Shown here piece after piece: positions 35,674-45,429 of a stretch of 64,000 bases of DNA. Where the stretch lies: IMG/VR virus record IMGVR_UViG_3300027782_000035. One strand, given 5' to 3'. The DNA comes from a virus. Both the position numbers and the translations under genes were made by a program. A model generated the notes under the pieces. The model had not been told where the DNA came from, made no database searches, and saw only the letters and a list, made by a program, of their open reading frames with translations. Position 1 is the stretch's first letter. Each line of letters begins with the position of its first letter.

Positions 35674-36774
35674 TTAGAATGGAATTTCTTCCTTTGGTGA
35701 AGGCGCTTGAGCTTCTACTTCAACTGCTTCAGGCATGGTAACCTTTTCAAACAGATCAGCGAAGGCATTTCTAGTTATATCGTCAAATCGATTAATACAC
35801 AACTCGATTGCTTTCTTTTTATCTTTGAAGATAGAGAAAGCTCGTACGATGTGTACTAGTCGACGAGTGGTAATGGTTTCATCCACACCACCATCTGCAA
35901 AAGTCCTACGAATTGCATCAGCCCATTTAACTAGGTTGTTTGCAAATTCCTCATCTTCACATGAGTAAGACTTCATTAGATTCATAACAATTTTCTTTTC
36001 AACTGTAGCTGAAGGATAGTCTTGGTTGAAAGTGATTGCGAAACGTTCAAGGAATGCTTCATTAAGAACATTCGTACCGATGTAACGGCCGTCATCGGAA
36101 CCCTTACCCTTAGTGTTAGCAGTAGCAAATACTGTAAATCCAGCTGCTGGATACACGAGTTCATTTTTAAGTTTGAAGTAGTAAGGCTTACCTTCAAGGA
36201 TAGGTTGCAAGCAAAGGAGAGTGTTTGCAGAACCTGCATCAATTTCATCAAGCAGAAGTGGAATACCCATTCGCATTGCAATCAAAACTGGACCTTCTAT
36301 AATTTGTACGTTGCCATCAACCAATGTCTTAGATCCAATGAGCTGATCTTCATCAGTCATCATATTCAAGTTAACGCGAATCAAAGGGAGTTTATTCTTA
36401 GCGCAACATTGTTCAACAGTAGTAGACTTACCATTGCCAGTAGGACCACTTATATATGCTGGATAGAATTGACGTGACTTAATGATAATGTCAATGTCTT
36501 TGTGATTACCAAAGGCCACATAGTTGGGGTCAATCTTTGGCACTAGCGAAGTGTCTTTTTCTGTAGGTTGTTGCATTGTGTCTTCTACTGTATCAATAGC
36601 ACGGCCTGGAACTGCATAGAGACCACGACTGACTCGATTCTCCATAATCCACATAGGATATTTAGTCGTTCCAAGCTTTTGCATTACGCCAACGATTTGT
36701 GCTCGATTTACTATGCCAGTAGAACCTACATCGGGGTAAGTTTCAACCAGCACATCAAGAAATTTCTGATCCAT
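35674..36774 (-). CDS. CobS/MoxR-family AAA+ ATPase
   Basis: GPTGNGKS, LLLDEID, TANTKG, LNEAFLERF, TRRLV. Confidence 0.92.
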   Translation of the reverse strand: MDQKFLDVLVETYPDVGSTGIVNRAQIVGVMQKLGTTKYPMWIMENRVSRGLYAVPGRAIDTVEDTMQQPTEKDTSLVPKIDPNYVAFGNHKDIDIIIKSRQFYPAYISGPTGNGKSTTVEQCCAKNKLPLIRVNLNMMTDEDQLIGSKTLVDGNVQIIEGPVLIAMRMGIPLLLDEIDAGSANTLLCLQPILEGKPYYFKLKNELVYPAAGFTVFATANTKGKGSDDGRYIGTNVLNEAFLERFAITFNQDYPSATVEKKIVMNLMKSYSCEDEEFANNLVKWADAIRRTFADGGVDETITTRRLVHIVRAFSIFKDKKKAIELCINRFDDITRNAFADLFEKVTMPEAVEVEAQAPSPKEEIPF

Positions 36775-36807
36775 AATATAGGTACTCCATCAAGTTGTTG
36801 TATAGTA

Positions 36808-36836
36808 ATTATATTCAATAGACGAATATTTGTACA
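36808..36836 (-). promoter_or_regulatory. early promoter whose -35 sits in a 10-bp-arm palindrome
   Basis: TGTACA-N17-TATAAT; arms AATAGACGAA 36817-36826 and TTCGTCTATT 36840-36849. Confidence 0.8.
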
Positions 36837-36870
36837 TAGTTCGTCTATTATTTTTTGAATACTTTTGTTT
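36820..36870. repeat. 51-bp direct repeat, copy 1
   Basis: agacgaatatttgtacatagttcgtctattattttttgaatacttttgttt, identical to 39055-39105. Confidence 0.92.
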
Positions 36871-39017
36871 TAGGCCACTATACCGACGAATTTATTCAAA
36901 ACGATCCTAGAAGTTTTGCGCGAGTTGAAGACCTTTCCAAGTGCTTTTGACATTTGGGTTGACGACATAGTTGTATTCACATCATTAAGATTACTATCTT
37001 CAATCTTAGCTTTAGAACTTAGAAGATAATATTCATCACGTCCTGCAATATTATTCAGAATGCAATACTTTTGTTTTCTAAGAGATGAAGTGATAGTCTC
37101 CATCATCGAATATACGTTATTAGTATCTGCAAGAGTATTAGACATGTTATTGCGAATAAACGTATTTGCTTGACGCGTAGTCGCTGACATTACATAGAAG
37201 CCAATGTTATTCACATTGTATCTATCTTTAATGATGTTTAGTAATACACCAGTTTGTTGCTGACCGTTATCATCAATTTCGTAATCTTTCTTGGTCAGAG
37301 GATCACGCATATAGTTTTTAACATTAACTTTACAAGCCTTACCTTCGGCGTTATATCTCCAAATGATACCATTAGAGAGTCGCTTACTGTTCGAATAAAG
37401 TCCACTACCTTCACCGTCAGTAAGAGTAATGAATGACATTTTTTCAACAGAATTATTCTTGATGAACTTACCAATGTAGTCTGTCATATAAAGCAGAGCT
37501 TCATTGAGAGGTGTTCCATTCAAGCCATAGCCTGGAACATTCCATGGATTAGACAACATGATTTCGATCATCTTGTTGAATTCAGTTGTCGACATCTTAT
37601 TCGAGAATAGTTCGAGTAGAAAGAAATTATTGAGGTTAGACAAACCATTTTCGTTTATAGGACCAGTATGAGCGTATTTGTCACATGATTCTCGAGATTC
37701 GTCGATATATCCATCTGTAAATGCAAAGACCTGATAAGGAATTTGAATTCGCTGACAGAACATTGCAAGATTCATAACCTGTTCAAGAGTTTCACGAATG
37801 TATTCACCCATAGAACCTGACCAATCTAGAAGAAACACCATTCCATGTTTCTTACCATCTTTAACTTGCATGATTTGACGGAACAGATCATCCTTAAGTT
37901 TATACGCATAAAGCTTACGACTATCGAGTTGACCGAGCTTAGCGATTTTAGCTCTTTTCATAGCAGAAGCAGACTTACGCATCTCGAATTCTTTCACTAG
38001 ATAACTCACTACTGGCGAGTTAGTAGTCTTAAACTTAAGAGCACTTTCTTTATTTAGATAAGTTTTGTAATCTAACATCTCTTTCATTATACGCTTGTAG
38101 CCGATGATAGGATCCTTGTCATTACCATACTCAAATTGAGGAGTGAAATATTGGATCTCAAGATTTTCATCAGCAAATTGATTCAGAGTTTCTTCAAACT
38201 TATTTGCAGTAACTGATTCTAGTTGATTTTCATCTTGTTCATCTTCATCATGTGAAGTATGAACAGTATGAGCTGCTCTAGGTTTTTCGTCGGTTTTTTC
38301 TTCACGAGCTTCTGCATCTTCGCTATCTTCAGTATCCCATTCGTCGATGTCCTCCATGTCCAAGTCTTCATTGTCTAAGTCGTCGTACTCATCTTCCTCT
38401 TCTTGAAGTTCTTGTTGCAGTGCGTTTTTCATTGATTGAACTAACTTCTTACGCTGTTCACGATCAGACTTACTATAGTCATAGATGTCTTGGGCGAGTT
38501 GAATTACATCCTCTTCGGTGTCACACGAATCAACACGACGAATAAACATTTGTTCTTCAGGTGTAAACTTTACACCACAGTTAAATCCTACTTTGTAGTA
38601 GAGATTAATGCGGTCAATGAGAAGAAGTTGCGATAAATCGACTTTCTTAACACCGAAGAAGTCACGTTCGTTTAGCTCGCGATAGCCAATATTAAAAGAC
38701 TTTCGAGAACCAGGATAACGATCCTTCATTTTCTTTTCGATACGAACGTCTTCAATAACGTTTGCATATGTCTTAAGATGTTTCTTCTCATCGAAGACTA
38801 TGCTATAGGTATCAACTCCAGTGAAGAGAGCATGACCAACTTCATGTAGCATGAGCATTTCTTCAACAGTAGAACTCATTTCCTTCCAACGAGGGAGGAT
38901 CAGTCGACGATTGAGAATGTCAAACATAGCAGTACGAACTCGACCACGTACAATGTCGATATTCTCTGTGGCTAGCAGACGAGCCAGCATGTCCTGTGAT
39001 TGGGATTGAATATTCAT
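36870..39017 (-). CDS. CobT-like protein: HExxH metallopeptidase domain, acidic linker, VWA domain
   Basis: LHEVGH, EDVRIE, DWSGSM MIDAS, GTPL, LTDGE. Confidence 0.88.
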   Translation of the reverse strand: MNIQSQSQDMLARLLATENIDIVRGRVRTAMFDILNRRLILPRWKEMSSTVEEMLMLHEVGHALFTGVDTYSIVFDEKKHLKTYANVIEDVRIEKKMKDRYPGSRKSFNIGYRELNERDFFGVKKVDLSQLLLIDRINLYYKVGFNCGVKFTPEEQMFIRRVDSCDTEEDVIQLAQDIYDYSKSDREQRKKLVQSMKNALQQELQEEEDEYDDLDNEDLDMEDIDEWDTEDSEDAEAREEKTDEKPRAAHTVHTSHDEDEQDENQLESVTANKFEETLNQFADENLEIQYFTPQFEYGNDKDPIIGYKRIMKEMLDYKTYLNKESALKFKTTNSPVVSYLVKEFEMRKSASAMKRAKIAKLGQLDSRKLYAYKLKDDLFRQIMQVKDGKKHGMVFLLDWSGSMGEYIRETLEQVMNLAMFCQRIQIPYQVFAFTDGYIDESRESCDKYAHTGPINENGLSNLNNFFLLELFSNKMSTTEFNKMIEIMLSNPWNVPGYGLNGTPLNEALLYMTDYIGKFIKNNSVEKMSFITLTDGEGSGLYSNSKRLSNGIIWRYNAEGKACKVNVKNYMRDPLTKKDYEIDDNGQQQTGVLLNIIKDRYNVNNIGFYVMSATTRQANTFIRNNMSNTLADTNNVYSMMETITSSLRKQKYCILNNIAGRDEYYLLSSKAKIEDSNLNDVNTTMSSTQMSKALGKVFNSRKTSRIVLNKFVGIVA

Positions 39018-39042
39018 AGAACCTTTCCTAATTTGTAGGTTA

Positions 39043-39071
39043 ATTCTATCTATAAGACGAATATTTGTACA
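39043..39071 (-). promoter_or_regulatory. early promoter TGTACA-N17-TAGAAT
   Basis: Family match overlapping repeat copy 2. Confidence 0.75.
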
Positions 39072-39105
39072 TAGTTCGTCTATTATTTTTTGAATACTTT
39101 TGTTT
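39055..39105. repeat. 51-bp direct repeat, copy 2
   Basis: Identical to 36820-36870. Confidence 0.92.
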
Positions 39106-40816
39106 ACACTATAGTTGAAAAATCGTTTTTCTTCTCGAATTTGACGACAGAATGGAACTTGTCAAAAAGTTGATCGCCTTTATGTGATATCACAAAGATG
39201 TTTGACTTTTCACCGAGTGCGTTCATCATAGAGAGAAAGTAGTCTGTTCCAGTATTGTCTAAACTTGAGTCAAAAATCTCGTCAAGAATTAAAAGATTTG
39301 TATTAACGCTGTTCTTCATTTTTGCAATCTGACGCCATGTGAAAAGTATTGCTAGATCTATTCTCATCTTTTCGCCTTCAGAGAAAGATGCATAAGTAAA
39401 TTCATCTCTGAATCTAGACTTAATCTTTTCATTGAATGCTTCATCTAGTTCAAAGTGAACATAGAAGTCCATAGAAGTAAGGTAACCATTGATAACTTTA
39501 TTCATTACTGGTAAGTACTCTTTAATGATAGCAGTCTTGATTCCAGTATCTTTTAGTAGAATAGCAGACACATCATGTATTTGCTTTTCTTGATACAATT
39601 GATTCTTTCTATCAATAAGGATTAAAGCCTCATCTGCAATATCTTTCAGTTTTGCTTTTTCAACATCAATGTTAGTAGTGTCTTCATTAGCAGATTGAAT
39701 ATCCATTTCTAACTTCTTATTTTGTTTCGATAACATTAAGTTAGCACTATTGATTGCGTTACATTGAGCGTTAAGCGTAAGAAGTTCTTTATTAATTTTG
39801 TTGAGCGTTTCTTGGCGTTCAGCTAATTTAGTATGTGCTTCAGCAATAACCATAAGACTATTATCAATCTCAACTAAGTCTTCATTTAGTTTAGTAACGA
39901 TTTCGTTCTTATGTTCATGAGGAATACCTTGAGAACAAGAAGGACATACTTCATTATTAAGAAAGAACGAAAGATTTTCTTCAGTCTGATCTTTAGTGTG
40001 TACGAATTTACTTTTTGCTTTTACTGCTGCGAAAATATATTGTTCAAGCTCTTTAGCATTCTCAGCATCAGCCATGATAGTATTCATCTGATCAGTGAGA
40101 ACCTCCCAACGTTCCTCATTCGAAGCAATCTCTGTTTCATTATCTGCAATTTGCTTACGTATCTGTGCCACCTGATCCCTTTTAGAATTAACCAATGTCC
40201 CAATAAGTTTCTTCTGTACCTCACCGTTATTTTTCGCGATCGTGATCTTATTGTCGATTGAAATGAGTTGATCTTTGTTCTCATTGATGTGTCCTTTAAG
40301 AATTTGATTCATTGTAGAAAATACGCCAATATCAAGAATATCTTCAATAACTTCACGACGTTGCCATGCTGGTAGTTGCATGAACGGAACAAACGACGCA
40401 GATCCAAGTATAACGACTTGAGTGAAGGTCTTATAGTTAAGACGTAGAATCTGTTGCTCTAGTACCTTCTGATAATCTTTTGCAGCAGCATCTTGATTGA
40501 TCATCGTATCATTACACCATATCTCAAAGATGTTTGGCTTGATACCACGTATGATTTTATATTCAGCAGTACCAATAGAAAATTCTATAGTAACTATACA
40601 ATTCTTTTGATTGATAGAATTGATTAACTGAGGCTTATTAATATTGCGAAATGGCTTGCCAAATAGTGCAAAGGTGAGAGCGTCAAGCATGGTCGACTTA
40701 CCTTCACCATTACGACCCACTACTAAAGTGCTTTGTGATTTATCTAGAAGAAGTGTATTAGGTGAACTGCCAGTAGATAAAAAGTTTTTCCACGATAAAG
40801 TTTTAAATATAATCAT
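39104..40816 (-). CDS. gp46: recombination ATPase, SbcC/Rad50-like
   Basis: NGEGKST, CPSC hook, FSEGEK, LDEIFD. Confidence 0.97.
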   Translation of the reverse strand: MIIFKTLSWKNFLSTGSSPNTLLLDKSQSTLVVGRNGEGKSTMLDALTFALFGKPFRNINKPQLINSINQKNCIVTIEFSIGTAEYKIIRGIKPNIFEIWCNDTMINQDAAAKDYQKVLEQQILRLNYKTFTQVVILGSASFVPFMQLPAWQRREVIEDILDIGVFSTMNQILKGHINENKDQLISIDNKITIAKNNGEVQKKLIGTLVNSKRDQVAQIRKQIADNETEIASNEERWEVLTDQMNTIMADAENAKELEQYIFAAVKAKSKFVHTKDQTEENLSFFLNNEVCPSCSQGIPHEHKNEIVTKLNEDLVEIDNSLMVIAEAHTKLAERQETLNKINKELLTLNAQCNAINSANLMLSKQNKKLEMDIQSANEDTTNIDVEKAKLKDIADEALILIDRKNQLYQEKQIHDVSAILLKDTGIKTAIIKEYLPVMNKVINGYLTSMDFYVHFELDEAFNEKIKSRFRDEFTYASFSEGEKMRIDLAILFTWRQIAKMKNSVNTNLLILDEIFDSSLDNTGTDYFLSMMNALGEKSNIFVISHKGDQLFDKFHSVVKFEKKNDFSTIV

Positions 40817-41115
40817 TCGGCTTTCCATTTCATACCCATAGACTTATAAATGAACTTCATTATAAAATTGGGTTTGTTTTTAGAGATAATAGTAATTGGA
40901 CATTGATCAACATTAATAGTAAAGGATGGGCTACCTAGATTAGTAGACATTGTAATGTAACCAGTACTAGTACCATTCCAATCACTAAGAGTGTAACCAG
41001 TATAATTTTGTTTCTTACGCTGTTCTTCAGCATAGTCAGTACAGGGTTTAAAATCCAACTCAAGTAGAATCTGTTCTGTCAGTGCAAAGAAATACTCTAT
41101 ATTAAGTTGTTGCAT
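40813..41115 (-). CDS. hypothetical protein
   Basis: ORF between gp47 and gp46; start MQQLNIE. Confidence 0.5.
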   Translation of the reverse strand: MQQLNIEYFFALTEQILLELDFKPCTDYAEEQRKKQNYTGYTLSDWNGTSTGYITMSTNLGSPSFTINVDQCPITIISKNKPNFIMKFIYKSMGMKWKAE

Positions 41116-41272
41116 GTTCAATTCTCTTCTCAAAATCTTCATCAGATTCAATAATAATTTTCTTACCTTTGTTTATCGCTTCAATAATACTCTTTAGCAA
41201 TAAACCTTCCCATAGTGTTAGGTTGTCACAATTAAATGTAACATCTCTTTTATAACTGTTAGGTTGTGTCAT
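41102..41272 (-). CDS. 56 aa hypothetical protein (not in ORF track)
   Basis: MTQPNSYKRD...; ATGA overlap with gp47 stop. Confidence 0.5.
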   Translation of the reverse strand: MTQPNSYKRDVTFNCDNLTLWEGLLLKSIIEAINKGKKIIIESDEDFEKRIEHATT

Positions 41273-42321
41273 ACTACCTCGATGTTCACGGCTTCAGTGT
41301 AAAGTGATTTCATAAAATTCTTGATGCGTTCTTTGTCTAAATCAGTCTCAAGCGAATCAATATAATTAGACAACACGCTTGACGTATCCTCGAGGTTTAT
41401 TGTATCATCTACTTGGCCTTCTGTAAACTCTGAAAAATCTTCTATGATTTTAACTTCAAGAGGATTAGCATTATATAAGTTAGTAATGAACTTGTCGAAC
41501 TTATGATAATCAGTCTTATTAACGACAACCACCTTAACATACTTATCTTTAAAGTTTACAAAGAGTGGATCTTCTTCATCAAGTGTATCATCATATTCAT
41601 ATCGTTCAAATAGACTATAAGGATTTTGAATAAACTCTAGTTTACGAGTCTGAAGATCAAAAAGATGAAAACCGCGTGGATCGTTATAGTCTTGCCACGT
41701 TAATTCATAAGGATTCCCGAGATAATAAATATGCCCGTCGTCAGAGCGATGATGGTAATGTCCTGAAAATACCATATCAAATTTGTTGAAAGCGTCTTTA
41801 GATAATCCATCATGTGATTCTACTCCTCTATACATTGCAAAGCCTGCGATCTCAAGGTGACCCATACATAGGTCAGCCTTAGTGTTCTTGATTTCATTCA
41901 TTGAATCTTGGTAATTGTCTGCGCATATCCAAGGTAAGAAACATACTGGAATTCCATGAATAGGAACTGTTTCTGGTCGTGTAACTATAATGATGTTAAT
42001 ATATTCTGCCAGTGTTAGCTCAGGACTATTAACGTCGTTAGTGTTCTTATAGTATGTGTCATGATTACCTGCAATCATGGTAATCATCATATCATTATCG
42101 TATGCTACATCAAAGAACATCTTCTTTGCACGTGCAAGACTATTGAAGTTTATATACTTGCGTCGATCGAATGTATCACCTAGAATTAAGATAGTGGTGA
42201 TACCTTGTTCTTTAAGTTTTGGAAAGAAGACATTCTTATAAAATTGTTCGTAATAATCTAAACATTGAGTACTATCATTACGAGCACCAAAGTGCTGGTC
42301 TGTAATAATTGCTACTTTCAT
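41269..42321 (-). CDS. gp47: recombination nuclease, SbcD/Mre11-like
   Basis: DQHFG, GDTFD, GNHD, SGHYH. Confidence 0.96.
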   Translation of the reverse strand: MKVAIITDQHFGARNDSTQCLDYYEQFYKNVFFPKLKEQGITTILILGDTFDRRKYINFNSLARAKKMFFDVAYDNDMMITMIAGNHDTYYKNTNDVNSPELTLAEYINIIIVTRPETVPIHGIPVCFLPWICADNYQDSMNEIKNTKADLCMGHLEIAGFAMYRGVESHDGLSKDAFNKFDMVFSGHYHHRSDDGHIYYLGNPYELTWQDYNDPRGFHLFDLQTRKLEFIQNPYSLFERYEYDDTLDEEDPLFVNFKDKYVKVVVVNKTDYHKFDKFITNLYNANPLEVKIIEDFSEFTEGQVDDTINLEDTSSVLSNYIDSLETDLDKERIKNFMKSLYTEAVNIEVV

Positions 42322-42473
42322 TTATTACTCCTCAATTTTAATAACTCTCTGTAACCATAAACCTTGAAAAGGTATTCTATAAATTTGTCAATTTCTTCTT
42401 CATTCACATCAGGTGATTCACAATAGACTGATGCGGCTAGTGCGACTTTATCTAACCAATCACGATCATTCAT
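42318..42473 (-). CDS. hypothetical protein
   Basis: Small ORF between gp55 and gp47. Confidence 0.5.
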   Translation of the reverse strand: MNDRDWLDKVALAASVYCESPDVNEEEIDKFIEYLFKVYGYRELLKLRSNK

Positions 42474-43011
42474 CTTTAGGATCTTTTTCAATGAAGTTTT
42501 CAAGTGATTGTTCTTGTTTGATTTTCTTTTTCTTTTCTTTATTCTTTATAAAAGAATCATCGAATGTCGAGTTAGCTTGCATGAATGCAGCATAAGCATT
42601 CCTAAAATCGCCATCGTCATCATGGTCTTGTAATTCAAAGCTTTCAAATGCCATGTCTTGAATAAGCTTACCTTTAATATAAGACTGTTTCTTTTCCTTT
42701 GCAATTCTGCGAAGGAATGCAAAGTAGATAACTTGAGTAAAATACGAGAAAGGGTTTGAAGATTTATCGGGATCAAAACTGTTCATACACTGAATACAGT
42801 TTTCAATTCCATCTAGAACCATATCATCACGATATGAATAGTTGATAAAGTTTGATTTATGAGATAGTCTATTAGCTATCATCAGTACACACTTACCTAG
42901 ATACTCTGGAATTCTCGGTTCAGTAGTACCGTTATCTCGAGCATCCTTCAATCGTGTTTTGTATGTTTTAATAGCCTCGAGCATCTCGGCGTTGTTGACA
43001 TAATGGGCCAT
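42466..43011 (-). CDS. gp55: late sigma factor
   Basis: HYVNN, NFINYSYRDDM, NPFSYFTQ..YFAFLRRI.KE. Confidence 0.96.
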   Translation of the reverse strand: MAHYVNNAEMLEAIKTYKTRLKDARDNGTTEPRIPEYLGKCVLMIANRLSHKSNFINYSYRDDMVLDGIENCIQCMNSFDPDKSSNPFSYFTQVIYFAFLRRIAKEKKQSYIKGKLIQDMAFESFELQDHDDDGDFRNAYAAFMQANSTFDDSFIKNKEKKKKIKQEQSLENFIEKDPKDE

Positions 43012-43036
43012 TGTACCTCCGTAATTATTTTGTTCG

Positions 43037-43065
43037 ATTATACACTATTTACGGGCTATTGTAAA
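43037..43065 (-). promoter_or_regulatory. gp55 promoter TTTACA-N17-TATAAT
   Basis: sigma70-like spacing. Confidence 0.7.
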
Positions 43066-43090
43066 ATTTTTATGTATTGAAAAAATAGAT

Positions 43091-43119
43091 TGTACTGCTT
43101 TCGAAGGCGATAGTATAAT
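43091..43119 (+). promoter_or_regulatory. divergent antisense promoter TGTACT-N17-TATAAT
   Basis: Family match on the + strand with no gene downstream. Confidence 0.6.
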
Positions 43120-43140
43120 AGTTCTTCGGGTTACAAACTA

Positions 43141-43497
43141 TTAGTGGTAATTAACCTTTTGTACTTCTTCTTCTGGTTCTGGATCAGTTTCAATCATTTC
43201 CGTTCTTTCTTCTATCATCACCAACTGCTTCACCGATCTTCTATAGAACGGAATCATCTTGTGATGAAGATCTTTACAGAAGATCACATTCTTTCTATCT
43301 AGAACAAATTGCTTGTCTTCTGTAAATTGGCCAAAGGAACTGAGCACAGCCTTTTCTACTAGATCACCATCCTGCATAATAGGAATCATTTTTATATGAA
43401 TAGGATTTAAGATAACAACGCCATCATCTGTCTCGTTGAGAAGTCGAGCAAATAGTTGTTCACCAGAAATTAATTTAAGTACTACGTAGTCATTCAA
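43141..43497 (-). CDS. Sm/LSm-like fold hypothetical protein
   Basis: VLKLISGEQLFA...LNP pattern; follows uvsW. Confidence 0.6.
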   Translation of the reverse strand: MNDYVVLKLISGEQLFARLLNETDDGVVILNPIHIKMIPIMQDGDLVEKAVLSSFGQFTEDKQFVLDRKNVIFCKDLHHKMIPFYRRSVKQLVMIEERTEMIETDPEPEEEVQKVNYH

Positions 43498-44971
43498 GAT
43501 CTACCTCCACAATCTTGTAACTAAATTTTTCTTCTGAATACGTCTTAAGTCTTTCTGCAAAGTGACCAAGGGTATGATTCTTCCATGACTTCCATTGTAG
43601 ATCATCTGATATGTCATATAGATTACAATGAGTCTTTCCTTCTTTAAGACGTAACCCTCTTCCTATCGATTGAAGATTGCGAATCTTTGATTTACTAGGA
43701 GATGCAAAGATAACATTTTCGATAGATGGTATATTTATTCCTGTAGAAAATACACCAAAGGAAGCGATTGCTATAGCATCATTCTCATGTTCCATCAACT
43801 TACGAGCTTCTTCACGAGCTTCTGTATCTGTTCCGCCATATATAAAGAACACTTTTCTTTTATCATGGACTTTGTCCTTTATCATATCAAACAATACTTT
43901 ACCATGTTTTTCAACGTATTGAAATAACACTAGTGTATTACCCTCTGAATTTACAGCAAGGTTACGAATGAATTTATTTCGTTTCTCGTGTTTGACTATA
44001 TAGTCCATCTCTTCTTGATACGTAGACTTGTTAACGATTTTGCGAGTTACATCGTCATACTTTAGAACAAGACATGTGATTTCTAGATTAGCAACTTGAT
44101 TACTATCCATCAATTCTTTTGTCGTAATTACTCGATAAATGGGTCCAAAGATTCCTTCTAACACAAGTTTATGTACCTTCTTGTTATCGAGTGTACCTGT
44201 AGTACCTATACGATATCGTACATTAGTCATCTTCTCCATCACTGTAGTGAGTGATTTAGCTTTGAAATTGTGTGCTTCATCTCCAAAGATGACATCAAAT
44301 TGATTGAACCAAGTAGCAGGTTGTTTATAGATCGACTGCCACGTTGTAATCAATACATCACTGGTAAAATCACGAGTGAAACCACTATACAGTTTTTGGC
44401 AGTGACGATCTACTCTCCATCCATTAACACTAGAGTAATCTTGAAAGTCTGCATACATCTGTTCAACTAAAGATGTAGTCGGAACTACGAGTATACACTT
44501 TCTGCCTTCTTCAAGGTGATGTCTCATAGTAGTATAAATGATGAGCGATTTACCAGATGCGGTAGGAGATAAGAGTACTGTTCTTTCGGATGTTAGTGCT
44601 TTATGAATAGCATCTACTTGATAGTCTCTGATTTGGATTGGCTTACCTCTTCCTTGTAGATTTAGCCAAGTTGCGTATTCTAAAATATCTTCTCGTGATA
44701 TTCGTGTGTTAGAAACGACGTCATTCTGATAAGTGATGCTGTATCCATTACGTTCAGCAAAGTCTTGAACGTATTTGAGTAAGCCAAGATAGAGTGTCTT
44801 TCTATGAAGATCAAACATGCGGATCTTCCCATCCCAGATTCTTGCTTTGAATGCTGGTGTAAATCTTGCTCCAGGAACTTCAAATGTAAAGAACTCTGAT
44901 AGTTCTTGTGCGATAGATGGATCTGTATAGATCCTTATATAAACTTCGTTTATCTTCTCAATAGTTATCAT
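43490..44971 (-). CDS. uvsW: SF2 DNA/RNA helicase
   Basis: PTASGKS, GDEAH, TGT, QSIGRGLR. Confidence 0.96.
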   Translation of the reverse strand: MITIEKINEVYIRIYTDPSIAQELSEFFTFEVPGARFTPAFKARIWDGKIRMFDLHRKTLYLGLLKYVQDFAERNGYSITYQNDVVSNTRISREDILEYATWLNLQGRGKPIQIRDYQVDAIHKALTSERTVLLSPTASGKSLIIYTTMRHHLEEGRKCILVVPTTSLVEQMYADFQDYSSVNGWRVDRHCQKLYSGFTRDFTSDVLITTWQSIYKQPATWFNQFDVIFGDEAHNFKAKSLTTVMEKMTNVRYRIGTTGTLDNKKVHKLVLEGIFGPIYRVITTKELMDSNQVANLEITCLVLKYDDVTRKIVNKSTYQEEMDYIVKHEKRNKFIRNLAVNSEGNTLVLFQYVEKHGKVLFDMIKDKVHDKRKVFFIYGGTDTEAREEARKLMEHENDAIAIASFGVFSTGINIPSIENVIFASPSKSKIRNLQSIGRGLRLKEGKTHCNLYDISDDLQWKSWKNHTLGHFAERLKTYSEEKFSYKIVEVDLE

Positions 44972-45408
44972 CACGATCCTGCTATAAATTGCTTCCACTG
45001 AATTGCATTACGAATCTGCCAATCTCTAGCTTTAATTTGTCCAAGTATAGACTCTAACGCTTCAATTATACCTTTTATATATTCACACTTTATATTGATC
45101 TTGTTTAAGTCTGAGTCTCCTTCAAGGAACTCATCCATCTCATTCTTCAATGGTTTATTACCCTGCCATTGATTCCAACTAAGTTCTTCTAGTTCTTGCT
45201 TTCCCATTTCACCACGATAGTAGCGAAACTTTCTTTGACGCATTATGTTGTATTCAGTACGAAGCGCAGCATGTTTCATCTTATGTTGAATAAGAAAGCG
45301 TATGTATTTTGCGTGCAGATTGGGAGTCTTAACTGATTCACGATCGAGGTGATCGTCGTTGATCTTGCAGTCTTCTTGCCATAGATCTAGTAAATCTTCA
45401 AGTGTCAT
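44971..45408 (-). CDS. uvsY: recombination mediator
   Basis: W..D..I...LD.ES...P.LHAKY, YYRG, R.WQI.NAI.W. Confidence 0.92.
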   Translation of the reverse strand: MTLEDLLDLWQEDCKINDDHLDRESVKTPNLHAKYIRFLIQHKMKHAALRTEYNIMRQRKFRYYRGEMGKQELEELSWNQWQGNKPLKNEMDEFLEGDSDLNKINIKCEYIKGIIEALESILGQIKARDWQIRNAIQWKQFIAGS

Positions 45409-45429
45409 AATATATCTCCAAATTAATCT

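Noticed and set aside
35674-39017. CobS/CobT as cobalamin biosynthesis genes
   Set aside because: No CobN or other cob genes here; the HExxH plus VWA architecture fits a generic MoxR/VWA pair.
36820-39105. 51-bp repeats as a CRISPR array, att sites or IS ends
   Set aside because: Only two copies 2.2 kb apart, each containing a promoter; no spacers, integrase or transposase.
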